Part shown: positions 40,373-50,156 of the stretch, piece after piece
How the letters are laid out: every line of letters begins with the position of its first letter
Position numbering within the stretch: position 1 is the stretch's first letter
Assembly: GCA_963745025.1 (NCBI GenBank)
Contig: CAVUWD010000016.1
Span: 320,001 to 384,000 of the forward strand
Direction of reading: 5' to 3'
DNA: 64,000 bases
Source: an uncultured delta proteobacterium
Lineage (GTDB): Bacteria; Desulfobacterota; Binatia; JACPRU01
Made by a program: the position numbers and the translations under genes
The notes under the pieces: generated by a model
The model's database searches: none
Seen by the model: only the letters and a program-made list of their open reading frames with translations
Told to the model about the DNA's origin: nothing

Positions 40373-42015
40373 GCCAGCATGCCCCCCGGCGCGTCCCCGA
40401 GGCGCCCCGCCGGCGGCTTGTCGGTCCCGAAGGGATCGTAGGCCTGGCCGTACGCCAGGCGAAGCACGCCCGAGATCTCCCCGAGAGTCGCTCCGGCGTC
40501 CAGTGCCGCAAGGATCGGTGGCATGAGCGACGCGCGATCGTCGGCGGCCTGGGCTCGAAGATCCGCGAGCGACGCCACGACCGGCCGCTCGTTCCTCGTC
40601 CGCTTGAACTCCCGGATCCGCTCCGCGTGATCCCAGCACGGCTCGATCTTGGTCTCGGCTACGTCCCGCAGCAGCCGGTCCTCGTCGTCGGACATGCGAA
40701 ACACGTTGACCCCGACCCGCGGCACCGTACCATCCTCGATCTCGCGCACTCGCTGGACCATGGCGTTCTCGAGCATGGTGCGGAACCAGCCGCGGGCGCT
40801 GAGCTCGGCAGGATCGCCCATCGTCTCGATCTCGGCGATGCGCGCGCAGATGCGGCGCTCCATCTCGTCGGTCAGGCTCTCTACGTAGTAGGAGCCGCCG
40901 AGAGGGTCCGCGACCCGCGCGACTCCGGTCTCGAGCTCGAGGATCTGCTGGGTGCGGAGTCCCACGAGGTGCGACTCGGGGCTCGGCGTACGGTAGGCCT
41001 CGTCGAAGGCAGAGATCTCGATCGCCTGTACGCCGGCGAGCGCGAGCGCCAGCGCTTGCGTGGTCCCGCGCACCACGTTGTTGATTGGCTGCTCGGCGGT
41101 GAGCGAGCTGCCGGCGGTATGGGCGGTGATGTTGACCGACCAGGAGCGCGGGTCGCGAGCGCCGAACTCCTCGCGCATCATGCGCGCGAACAGCCGGCGC
41201 GTGGCACGGATCTTCGCGATCTCCTCGAAGAAGCCCATCCGGCAGTTGACGAGGATCGCGATGCGCGGCGCGAAGCGGTCCACGTCGAGGCCGCGGGCGA
41301 CGAGTTCGCGCACCACTTTACGGATCTCGACGAAGCCGAGCGCCATCTCGTCGACGGCGTCGGGACCGCCGTCGCTCACGTAGTACGTGTCTTCAACGAA
41401 CGAATGAAAGCGAGGCATCTCGCGCGAGCAGAACTCGATCGAATCCAACGTGAGGCGCAGACGCAGCTCGACCGGCATGTGGACCGCGTAGCAGTAGTCC
41501 TCAGCGTAGAGCGGAGCCTGGATCACCGAGCCGCGGAGAACTTCGGCCGCCACTCCGCGTTCGCGCGCCACGAGATAGATTCCGGCGACCGCGAACCACC
41601 CGGGCAGCGAGTGCGAGAGCGTGACGCGGTCGAGGGGGATACCGTCGTAGAGCTCGCGAAAGTCCTCGAGGCGGCAGAGCGACACCCCTTGCGTGCCGAT
41701 CGAGTTTCGGGCGAACGAGTTATCGGGATCGAGGCAGGCGACTGTAGGTGCGTCGCCGATCACGTCGAGCCCGGCGGCGCCCTTCTCGATGAGGTAGCGG
41801 AACTGAGCGTTCGACCGCGCCGGCGGCCCCTCTCCCGAGAGCTCACGCTGGATCCACGTGCCGCCGCGCTCGAGGCGCGCGCGCCGGCCGCGCGTGTATG
41901 GATACGAGCCAGGGTCGCCGAGCGCCTTTTCGTAATCGAGGGCGGCGCTGTCCTCGGGACCGTAGAAGGGTTTCACTGCGATGTCCGAGAGAGATCTGCG
42001 TGACTTCATTTTCAC
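40369..42015 (-). CDS. B12-dependent acyl-CoA mutase large subunit (divergent MCM family)
   Basis: GDPGSYPYTRG, FFEEIAKIRA, HTAGSSLT, DEAYRTP, DPLGGSYYVE, VGVN. Confidence 0.9.
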   Translation of the reverse strand: MKMKSRRSLSDIAVKPFYGPEDSAALDYEKALGDPGSYPYTRGRRARLERGGTWIQRELSGEGPPARSNAQFRYLIEKGAAGLDVIGDAPTVACLDPDNSFARNSIGTQGVSLCRLEDFRELYDGIPLDRVTLSHSLPGWFAVAGIYLVARERGVAAEVLRGSVIQAPLYAEDYCYAVHMPVELRLRLTLDSIEFCSREMPRFHSFVEDTYYVSDGGPDAVDEMALGFVEIRKVVRELVARGLDVDRFAPRIAILVNCRMGFFEEIAKIRATRRLFARMMREEFGARDPRSWSVNITAHTAGSSLTAEQPINNVVRGTTQALALALAGVQAIEISAFDEAYRTPSPESHLVGLRTQQILELETGVARVADPLGGSYYVESLTDEMERRICARIAEIETMGDPAELSARGWFRTMLENAMVQRVREIEDGTVPRVGVNVFRMSDDEDRLLRDVAETKIEPCWDHAERIREFKRTRNERPVVASLADLRAQAADDRASLMPPILAALDAGATLGEISGVLRLAYGQAYDPFGTDKPPAGRLGDAPGGMLA

Positions 42016-42472
42016 TCCGCTTGCATCATGGGGAAGCGGAGACGGGCAGGGCGCCGGTCCGCTCTTCGAGGGGCTGCTTCAAGTCGTCGAGCCAAGCCGC
42101 CACCATTCCGTTCGCCAACTCTTCTCCTTCGTGGCGCATGGCCCCGTTACGCCGCCGCCTGCGCCGCGCCAGGCTGCGGCAACTCGACATTGGCGAAGAC
42201 AATCGCCATCCACAGCCGCTCTATACTTAGGTATGGTTCTGTCACGAAAGGGTCGCAAGACCCATGCCCGAGTGTATTCCATTTTTTCATATAGCTCATT
42301 GACTGCATTTGTCTCCAAGGGAAGCAATATTCCATGTAGTGCTCCCGAAGGGAGCAAAAGCATCTCTGAATGATCCGTTCAGCGATGGCTCGCCTTTTGC
42401 TGTTCGGTCATTCGGAGCATTCGTTCGCGACTCCGCTCGCGCCGCGTTTTCATACGACGAGAAAGGACCTCC

Positions 42473-42943
42473 ATGTCGACAACCAGCGTCCACCAGTATT
42501 TCACCGCCGACCATCGCCGCCTCGACGATCTCATGCGGACGTTCCAATCGGAAAAACGTCGGGACTTCTCAAAGGCGAAGGATGCGTTCCGCGAATTCCT
42601 CTTCGGTCTGCGACGGCACATCGTCTGGGAGGAAGACATCCTGTTCCCATCGTTCGAGAAACGGTCGGGTATTGGCTCGGGCGGGCCGACAGACGTCATG
42701 CGAGCCGAACACCGGCTGATCGGTGATGCCCTCGATGAGCTCCACGAGAAGGTGCGCCGGGCCGATCCCGCGTGCGACGCGGAGGTGCAAAAGCTGACGG
42801 AGCTGCTCTCCGTTCACAACCGCAAGGAAGAGAACGTCCTCTACCCAATGTTCGACGAGACCGTAGACGCCGAGGAGCGGACGCGGCTCTTCCAGGAAAT
42901 GGAGGAGATTCCCCGAGAGCGCTACGCCCGATGCTGCGGGTGA
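42473..42943 (+). CDS. Hemerythrin-domain protein
   Basis: DHRRLD, HIVWEEDILFP, EHRLI, HNRKEENVLYP. Confidence 0.88.
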   Translation: MSTTSVHQYFTADHRRLDDLMRTFQSEKRRDFSKAKDAFREFLFGLRRHIVWEEDILFPSFEKRSGIGSGGPTDVMRAEHRLIGDALDELHEKVRRADPACDAEVQKLTELLSVHNRKEENVLYPMFDETVDAEERTRLFQEMEEIPRERYARCCG

Positions 42944-43065
42944 GCTGCACTCGTTCGGCAGTGGGGTAGCGGGACGTGTCGCGGCGGCTCGCCGCCGCAA
43001 TGGCGAGCCGCGGATGTGCCACGTCGCGATCCCGAACCACATCAACGAAACGGGAGGATGCATCC

Positions 43066-44298
43066 ATGGAAGACGTGTTCGTCGTCGGGGTGGGTATGAC
43101 GCCGTTCGGCGTTCACACCGGGCGGAGCGTGAAGGATCTCGTCCGCGAGGCGGTCGAGGAGGCGCTCGCGGATGCCGGCGCCACGCGCGCCGATCTCGGC
43201 GCCGCGATCTTCTCGAACCTCGCGCAGGGAGCTCTCGAGGGGCAGTTCGGCACGCCGGGGCAGATCGCGCTCCGGGCCATGGGCATCGAGGCGATCCCGA
43301 TCGTGAACGTGGAGAACGCCTGCGCCAGCGCCTCGACGGCCTTCCACCTCGCCGTGAACCAGGTGAAAGCCGGCGTCTGCGACGTTGCGCTCGCCGTCGG
43401 CGTCGAGAAGCTGAACGTCGGTGACTGGTCCCACCGCATGAAGGTGTTCGACGGCGCGCTCGACGTCGAGGACGGTGGAGCGACGATGCGCCGGCTGCTG
43501 GCGATCGGCGGGATCGACGAATCGGAAGAGCCTTCCGGCCATCGCACCTCGATGATGGACGTGTATGCGAGCTTCGCACGCGCACACATGAAGGACTTCG
43601 GCACCACGCAGCGGCAATTCGCGGCCGTAGCGGCGAAGAACCACGACCACTCCGCCCGAAACCCGAAGAGCCACTTCCGAAAGGCGATGACCGTGGAGGA
43701 GGTGCTCGCGGGGCGGCCTCTGCTGTATCCGCTGACGGTGCCGATGTGCTCGCCGCTCACCGACGGAGCCGCGGCCGCGATCGTCTGCAGCCGCGAAGGT
43801 CTCGAGCGCCTGCGCGTGCCGCGTGCGCAGGCGGTGCGGACCCTCGCGAGCGTCCTCGTGAGCGGTCGCGAGCGCGATCCTCACGACTGGAAGGCGCACG
43901 TGGGCCGGCGTGCGGCAACGAAGGCATATGAGCTCGCCGGCGTCGGCCCCCGCGAGGTTTCCCTCGCGGAGGTGCACGACGCGACCGCCGTAGGCGAGGT
44001 GATCCAGACCGAGTGCCTCGGTTTCTGCGAGCTGGGCGAAGGAGGACGCCTCGCCGAGAGCGGCGCTACGCGACTGGGCGGGCGCATTCCCGTGAACGTC
44101 TCGGGGGGACTCGAATCGAAGGGGCACCCAATCGGCGCAACCGGTCTCGGGCAGATCTACGAGCTGGTCTCGCAGATCCGCGGCCGCGCCGGAGAACGGC
44201 AGGTCGAGGACGCCCGCATCGCCATCGCCGAGAACGGGGGCGGGATCGTCGGCATCGAGGAGGCCTCGGCGTGCGTCACGATCCTCGCGCGATCGTGA
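43066..44298 (+). CDS. Thiolase family protein (paralog of 16409..17641)
   Basis: NVENACASAST, AEVHDA, GGLESKGHPIGATG. Confidence 0.92.
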   Translation: MEDVFVVGVGMTPFGVHTGRSVKDLVREAVEEALADAGATRADLGAAIFSNLAQGALEGQFGTPGQIALRAMGIEAIPIVNVENACASASTAFHLAVNQVKAGVCDVALAVGVEKLNVGDWSHRMKVFDGALDVEDGGATMRRLLAIGGIDESEEPSGHRTSMMDVYASFARAHMKDFGTTQRQFAAVAAKNHDHSARNPKSHFRKAMTVEEVLAGRPLLYPLTVPMCSPLTDGAAAAIVCSREGLERLRVPRAQAVRTLASVLVSGRERDPHDWKAHVGRRAATKAYELAGVGPREVSLAEVHDATAVGEVIQTECLGFCELGEGGRLAESGATRLGGRIPVNVSGGLESKGHPIGATGLGQIYELVSQIRGRAGERQVEDARIAIAENGGGIVGIEEASACVTILARS

Positions 44299-44415
44299 GC
44301 GGCTGTCGAGGACTCGGTCGGGAGGCCGATCAGGTGCGGCACTGAGGAGCTGACCACCCCAAGCGACGATTGGCCAAGAAAGCGCCCGTGCCGAAGATCG
44401 CGTCGCGGGGCGGGC

Positions 44416-45945
44416 TCAAAAGCCGTACGTGCCGCGCAGCGCCAACTCGTCGGCGAAGCCCAGGGCTCCGAGCCTCCCCGGGCGATTCTCCTCGCCGCCG
44501 AGCAGGTTTGCGAAGAGATCGAACCGCCAGTGGTCGCCGACGATTGCGCGCGCTCCGGGCTGTACCCAGTACGCGCCATCGGGGTCGTAGTTGGCGAGCA
44601 GCTCGAGGAACAGGAGCTTGCGCAGCAGCGGCTGTGAGAGCGCGAAGGTGAGCTGCTCCGCCGTAGCGTCGACGCGGGCTCCGTTCGAGCGGATGCCTTG
44701 CGGTGCGCCCGCGACGATCGTCTCGAAGAACGTGAAGCTCAGGATCGTCGTCGCATCCGCTCCGGGGAAGAGGACCGTCGGCCGATCCACCGACAACGCA
44801 TAGCGCCACGTGGCTCGCCGCTCCACTTGCGTGGGCGCCGGCTCCCCGGAACCGGGCGCCTTTTGGTACGGCTGGTCGGGAGCGACCGTTGCCTCGAGGC
44901 GGAAGACCGCGCCGAGCTGCTGCTGGAAGTAGTTGGCCGAACCCCCGGCGAGAAAGACCCGCGGGTGAACGCCGTCACTCAGGAAGCGCAGCGGCACGGT
45001 TTCGCCCGGCGCGACGGGTGTCGGAAGGCCGAGTTTCGGGTCGACGACCGCCCCGCTCGAAAGCAGCACGGCGTCGTCGACCGGCTTCGACAGCGCGACG
45101 AGCGAGAGCGAGGCTCCGAGGATGTTCTCGGTGATGCGGCCGCCGACGGTCCAGTGCCCCCGCGCGGGCTCGTCATGCACGGCGACGAAGCTCGGGGTCA
45201 CATTGTAGGGTGAGCCGAGGGCGGGGAGCTGGGTCGAGATCGAGTCTCCCGGGTTGGCGATGACCTCGAGATCAGTCTCGGCGGACCAAGGATTCGGCAG
45301 CGGCGAGGTCACCCGCAGCATCCACTGCGGGATGCGGATGTTGTCGAACTCCTCGACGAAGGGCTCGAGGAAGAGGTGCCAGTTCAGATCGAGGGGGTTG
45401 ACCACGTCGAGCACGCGCCTTCCCAGCGTCTCGCCCCAGACGACCTGCTGCTTGCCGATGCGCACCCACGCCGCCCCCAGCGACACGTCCGTGTACAGCT
45501 CCCAAGCTTCGGCGCAGGCATGGTCGCTCGACACCCGCATGCTCCAGCCGTCGCCCCGGAACCCCGCAGGGCAGCCGTCGAAGTTGCGCAGGCGCCCGTC
45601 GAGGTCGCTCGCGTGCTCCGTCATCAGGCGGAACTTGCCGAAGAGGCGGAGCTCTTTCGACAGATCGTAGATCAGCTCGAGCTGGCCGAAGGAGCGGAAG
45701 AGGTTCACCGTGTGTGCGGTGTCGTCGACGCCCCGGTTGTTGGGATTCCTGCCGTCGAGGGAGATCGCGCTCTGTAGGCGCTGGAATCCCGTGGCGTCCA
45801 GGTGCGGGTAGTCCGCGGCCGAAACCGTACCGCTCCCGATCGCTACGAGGATGATCCACCAGGCGAGCCACGCCGTCCGCGCGCCGCCGATCGCCGGACT
45901 GCGCGGATTTAGTAGGCCGCCCGCAGCATCGCTTCCTCGGTCCAC
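44416..45945 (-). CDS. DUF1302-like outer-membrane beta-barrel protein (start uncertain)
   Basis: Signal-like hydrophobic N-terminus, RIGKQQVVWGE, DVVNPLD, RIPQWM, C-terminal aromatic TYGF. Confidence 0.75.
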   Translation of the reverse strand: MDRGSDAAGGLLNPRSPAIGGARTAWLAWWIILVAIGSGTVSAADYPHLDATGFQRLQSAISLDGRNPNNRGVDDTAHTVNLFRSFGQLELIYDLSKELRLFGKFRLMTEHASDLDGRLRNFDGCPAGFRGDGWSMRVSSDHACAEAWELYTDVSLGAAWVRIGKQQVVWGETLGRRVLDVVNPLDLNWHLFLEPFVEEFDNIRIPQWMLRVTSPLPNPWSAETDLEVIANPGDSISTQLPALGSPYNVTPSFVAVHDEPARGHWTVGGRITENILGASLSLVALSKPVDDAVLLSSGAVVDPKLGLPTPVAPGETVPLRFLSDGVHPRVFLAGGSANYFQQQLGAVFRLEATVAPDQPYQKAPGSGEPAPTQVERRATWRYALSVDRPTVLFPGADATTILSFTFFETIVAGAPQGIRSNGARVDATAEQLTFALSQPLLRKLLFLELLANYDPDGAYWVQPGARAIVGDHWRFDLFANLLGGEENRPGRLGALGFADELALRGTYGF

Positions 45946-47213
45946 AGATCCTCGAGCTTCCTCCCGGCGTTCTTCTCGACCGAGGGGGCGTCGACCCAGA
46001 TGTAGGTGACGTGGTCGGCGAGCAGGTCCATGGTGTGGTTGGGATGGTTGAACGAGATGACGGTCTCGCCGTCCTTGCGGATGCGGGCGTGATGGTGGAC
46101 GCCCGTCTTCCACACCCGGCCGGTGCGGTCGTAGAAATCGAAGACGAGTGGCTTGCGCATCACCGAGTCGACGTAGAGGATCTTCTTCGCGTACGGGCAC
46201 TGCGGATCCTTCGGCACGGCCTCGAGGATCTGGACGTCGGGCCGAAGCTCCCAGCGCCCGCGGGGGAAGCGGCCGGCGATCGTCGGCAGGGGATCGATCT
46301 CGTAGCCGTCCGACACGCCGGGGAGGATCATCGGCCGGCGCTCGGCGAGGGTCCACGACCAGCGGCTCAGCGGATCGTTGTTGCCGTTGTGGTCGCTGCG
46401 GAAGATGTCGTTGCCGCTGGCGGATTCCCAGCGCTGGTAGGTCGGCACCTCGCGCACGCGGCGCGTGGCGGGTACGTAAGCGTAGGCTCGCTCGAGCAGC
46501 GTCTGATCGTAGGGCCGCACGGTGAGCACCGCGAGGCCGCGGTAGTCGAAGGGCTCCACGTAGCGGATGAGCAGGCGGTAGAGCTCGTCCTCGTGCCCCG
46601 GGTAGAACGGCGCGGGCGGCATGCGCGTGCGGCCGACCGTGCTGATGCCTGTGAAGATCCACCGCAGAGACCGGTAGACCTCGCCCTTGCGGATCAGGTG
46701 CTCGCCGCCGCCGTAAGAGAAGTCGTCGGCATACTCGATCCACGAGGCGCTGGCGATGTTCCACGCCGCCTCGAGGCCTGTCCTGGGCTCGAGGAAAGGA
46801 AATCCGCCGATCCACGGGCGCCCATCGCGCGTGCGAAGCTGCCCCTTCTCGTCGAGCACGGCCATCCCGCGATGGTGCTCGCTTGCCTCGAGCCAGGGCT
46901 CGGGGACCAGCCGGCGCTCGTCGGTCGTGGTCGGGCCGACCGTGAGCTCGAGCCCGTACCGCGCGATCTGCTCGCGCGTGCCCGCGGGCAGGAGATCCTT
47001 CACGACCGTCACGTTGTCTCTCGTGATCGTCGCGCCGACGCTGATCCGTCCGCCGGTGAGGTCGTCGAGAGTGGGCGATGACGCGGCCGCCGCCGATCGC
47101 GCACCCCAGCCGGGGACCGCGGATCGCAACGCGCAGAGCCCGGCCGTCGCGCCAGCCATCTTGAGCAATCGCCGCCGATCCAGCGCGAAAACGGCGGCGG
47201 ATGGGTCGCTCAC
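45909..47213 (-). CDS. DUF1329-like periplasmic protein with Tat signal
   Basis: LDRRRLLK...SAAA signal, GFPF.EP..GLEAAWN, YVPATRRVR, YDRTGRVWK. Confidence 0.78.
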   Translation of the reverse strand: MSDPSAAVFALDRRRLLKMAGATAGLCALRSAVPGWGARSAAAASSPTLDDLTGGRISVGATITRDNVTVVKDLLPAGTREQIARYGLELTVGPTTTDERRLVPEPWLEASEHHRGMAVLDEKGQLRTRDGRPWIGGFPFLEPRTGLEAAWNIASASWIEYADDFSYGGGEHLIRKGEVYRSLRWIFTGISTVGRTRMPPAPFYPGHEDELYRLLIRYVEPFDYRGLAVLTVRPYDQTLLERAYAYVPATRRVREVPTYQRWESASGNDIFRSDHNGNNDPLSRWSWTLAERRPMILPGVSDGYEIDPLPTIAGRFPRGRWELRPDVQILEAVPKDPQCPYAKKILYVDSVMRKPLVFDFYDRTGRVWKTGVHHHARIRKDGETVISFNHPNHTMDLLADHVTYIWVDAPSVEKNAGRKLEDLWTEEAMLRAAY

Positions 47214-47752
47214 CACGGTGAGCCCAGCGTGCCTTCGAAGAAGCCGCCGAAACGCAGAAAGCCACCCACCATCACCGCGACCATCCCCGCAATCGCGTTG
47301 TAGCGCGCGAGCCGGCGCATCCAGGCTGCGGCGTTCGGCGCCGCGGCGCGCTTGTCCTCGATCTCCTGGCGGCTGGCGTCGTACGGGAGCTTCACGATGA
47401 CTCGCGGGCGCAGGTAGAAGGTGAGGATCGCCCCGTTCACCGTCACCGTCAGCCAGATCGTCATCATGACGAGCAGCGCGCTGCCGTATCCGGTGAGGTA
47501 GAAATGGTAATCGACGAGATCCCAAGTCAGCCCGAAGCGGGTGGTCAGGAAGAGCCCGGTGAGCGGCAGGCCGATCAGCGTTCCCCAGATGAGGCGCGCG
47601 AATGTGACGCCGAGCCGGTCGCCCAGGCGCGCCGCCTGTCCAGGGGGAATGAGATCGAGTTTGGGTGTGAGCAGGAAGTCGAGGAACACGTTGGCGCCAA
47701 CGAAGATCGCCGCGAAGAGCAAGTGCAGACCGACGAGGAGGGAGTTGATCAT
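47210..47752 (-). CDS. Four-helix integral membrane protein (CopD/DUF2269-like)
   Basis: Four hydrophobic segments, His in TM1 (GLHLLFAAIFVG); start and stop overlap both neighbours. Confidence 0.75.
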   Translation of the reverse strand: MINSLLVGLHLLFAAIFVGANVFLDFLLTPKLDLIPPGQAARLGDRLGVTFARLIWGTLIGLPLTGLFLTTRFGLTWDLVDYHFYLTGYGSALLVMMTIWLTVTVNGAILTFYLRPRVIVKLPYDASRQEIEDKRAAAPNAAAWMRRLARYNAIAGMVAVMVGGFLRFGGFFEGTLGSPW

Positions 47753-48861
47753 TGCGTTCCCGCCCAGTAGCTCCCAGCGCGCAGGGTCTCGAGGTCCGCT
47801 TCCAGTTGCCGCACGTGCTCGCCTGTATCTCCCTCGACGCTGACGCAGGCCTTCGCCCACTCCGCGCAGTACGCGCAGCGCTGGCAGTCGAGGGAGCAGT
47901 GCCCCTCGCGGAAGAACCGCAGGAAGCCGTCGAGCCGGGAACTCGCCATGTGCACGCGCGGCGCCGTCGGAGTCTCCCCCGACAGCGTCTCCATCGGCTG
48001 GACGGCGACGAGCAGCTCGGCCACATCTTCGCAGCGCCGGCGGTGATAGGCTTCGGCCACCTTGAGGATCCACGGCGTGTGCGAGCTCGGGCCGTCGCCC
48101 ATCTTCTCTCGGCCCGCGACCTTGAAGAAGTCGATCCCGAGCTGCTCGTACTGGGCCACGTCCTCGGGCCGGATCCACGGCGCCCGCAGGTACTCGACCA
48201 CGTCGTTGCCTCGCGCCAGCGAGCAGCGGTAGTAGCAGTAGTCGACGTAGTAGTGCCGTTCGATGCTCTCCGCGGAGTGGGAGATCATGTTGGCGTGGTA
48301 GTGACGGATCGGGCAGGAGAGCAGGCAGCCCTCGTTGACCACCACCGACAGGGGGCAGTCGACGGCGCGGCGGATGATCTCGAGGCGGCGGAAGTCGCGG
48401 TTGATCTGCGGGTCGATGTGGATGAGGTCCGCCCCGAGGTCGCGAAAGTACGCGGCCTTGCGGGCGTCGTCCACCGCCGCCAGCACCGACACCTGGAGCT
48501 CGAGCTCCGGGAAGTTTTTGCCAACGAGCTCCATCACGTATGGGTTCGCGGTGACCACCGCGGTCGCCCCGACCGCGCGCAGCCACTCGAGCCGTTGCAG
48601 AATCTCCCAGCGTCCGTCCTCGGAGAGCTCGCGGTTGCCGAGGCAAGTGGCGTTCATCACGTAGGTGAACTTGATGCCGCGCTCTTCCATCTGCTGGATC
48701 TGGCTCGCGACTTCCTCTTCCGTCACCTCCGGCAACACCAACGAAGAGCGTACCGTGGCTTCGCGGGGCAGGCTGCCGTAGAGATACGCGGGCTTGAGAC
48801 GGGCCGCGCGCGGGAGCAGCTCCGGATCCCAGTTCGTGGGTAGAATCAGCTTTCCGTCCAT
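47749..48861 (-). CDS. U32-family (UbiU/UbiV/RlhA/TrhP-like) Fe-S protein
   Basis: TYVMNATCLGN, VNEGCLLSCPIR..H, YCYYRC, WIRPED, FKVAGRE, CSLDCQRCAYC. Confidence 0.85.
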   Translation of the reverse strand: MDGKLILPTNWDPELLPRAARLKPAYLYGSLPREATVRSSLVLPEVTEEEVASQIQQMEERGIKFTYVMNATCLGNRELSEDGRWEILQRLEWLRAVGATAVVTANPYVMELVGKNFPELELQVSVLAAVDDARKAAYFRDLGADLIHIDPQINRDFRRLEIIRRAVDCPLSVVVNEGCLLSCPIRHYHANMISHSAESIERHYYVDYCYYRCSLARGNDVVEYLRAPWIRPEDVAQYEQLGIDFFKVAGREKMGDGPSSHTPWILKVAEAYHRRRCEDVAELLVAVQPMETLSGETPTAPRVHMASSRLDGFLRFFREGHCSLDCQRCAYCAEWAKACVSVEGDTGEHVRQLEADLETLRAGSYWAGTQ

Positions 48862-50156
48862 TATGCCCTCCGTTGCTCCGGCGCGCCGAGCTCGGAACGT
48901 TCGATCACCTGCCGGAACGTCCACGCGAGGCGGACGTCGCCGAGCCAGACGAGCTCGACCTCGGGAACTTGCAGTCGCTCGTAGAGCCGCGCCTCCAGGG
49001 CCGGCGCGTTGATAGCCGCTCCTTCGATCGCGGCGGTCAGCCGGTTCTCGCCTCCTCGGACCAGCACGAGGTTGCGCCCGACGAGATCGGCGTCCTCGTC
49101 GACGGCGAGGCGCACGTCGTAGGCGGTGATCGTCCGCCCGCCGACGACCACACTGCTCTCCGGCCGCCCGTACATCTTGAGCCGGCGCAGCACCCGGCCG
49201 CACGGGCACTCGCCGGGCAGGAAGGCCGCGACGTCCCCGGTGCTGTAGCGGACGACGACGCTGCCGCTGCCCACTGTGAACTTGGTGACGACGAAGCTGC
49301 CGCGCTCTCCCGGCGGCACCGACCGCCCCGCGGCGTCCACCACCTCGAGGTACGCGGTGTCCTCTTGAATGTGCGGGCCGGTATGCGAGGGACAATCGTC
49401 GAGGCCGATGCCCGCCTCCTGGCACCCGGCCTTCTCGAAGACGTCGCCGACGCCCAGGCGCTGGCGGAGGAAATCACGCAGGCCGGGTGTGAGCGGCTGG
49501 CCCACGGCGACGATCGAACGCACACCGCGGAACGTGTCGCGCAGGCGGATGCGGTGGTCTTCGCCGTAGCGTACGCACGAAAGCAGGAAGGGCGAGGTCG
49601 TACTCACGAGCTCGGGACGGATGGCGGCGACGGTTCGCAGGAAGCTCGCGATCGAGTCGTTCCCCATGCTGCCCCAGAAGTAGGCGATCGACCCGCCGAG
49701 ACGTGCGATCGCGTGAGCCTCGGCGGCGGCGAGCTTGTGCCACGCGGGGCTCAGCAGCAGCGCCGTCATCCCCGGCCGGAAACCCATCCACGAGAAGGCG
49801 CGCAGCAGCCCGCGTATGCCGTACTGCTGATCCTCGAGGCTCGACCAGAGCAGCAGCGGCTCTCCGGAGGTACCGCGCGTGCTGAAGCCGACGCAGCCGT
49901 GGGCGGAGCCGGTCCAGTCCTCTCCGGCCCGCACGAGGATGTCCTTGTTCACGACGGGGAACGATTCGAAGTCCGCGATCGATCCCAGGCGGGCGCAGGA
50001 CATCCCGGCGCGCCGCCAGAGGTCGCGGTAGAAGGGAACCTCGGCCCTGGCGTAGTCCACCACCTCGCGCAAGCGCTCGAGCTGCCAGGCGGCGAGCTCC
50101 GCCGCCGACCAGCGCTCGACCTCATCGAACCGATTCTCTGCGAGCTCCGCCGTCAT
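48861..50156 (-). CDS. Phenylacetate--CoA ligase (PaaK)-family protein
   Basis: QLERLREVVDYARAEVPFYR, variant P-loop STRGTSGEP, VRYSTGD, CPCGR. Confidence 0.8.
   Translation of the reverse strand: MTAELAENRFDEVERWSAAELAAWQLERLREVVDYARAEVPFYRDLWRRAGMSCARLGSIADFESFPVVNKDILVRAGEDWTGSAHGCVGFSTRGTSGEPLLLWSSLEDQQYGIRGLLRAFSWMGFRPGMTALLLSPAWHKLAAAEAHAIARLGGSIAYFWGSMGNDSIASFLRTVAAIRPELVSTTSPFLLSCVRYGEDHRIRLRDTFRGVRSIVAVGQPLTPGLRDFLRQRLGVGDVFEKAGCQEAGIGLDDCPSHTGPHIQEDTAYLEVVDAAGRSVPPGERGSFVVTKFTVGSGSVVVRYSTGDVAAFLPGECPCGRVLRRLKMYGRPESSVVVGGRTITAYDVRLAVDEDADLVGRNLVLVRGGENRLTAAIEGAAINAPALEARLYERLQVPEVELVWLGDVRLAWTFRQVIERSELGAPEQRRA

Noticed and set aside
42930-43015. Sec read-through of the hemerythrin C-terminus (RCCG-TGA)
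   Set aside because: The domain is complete, the downstream frame is not protein-like, and the hairpin lies too far away and looks like a terminator.
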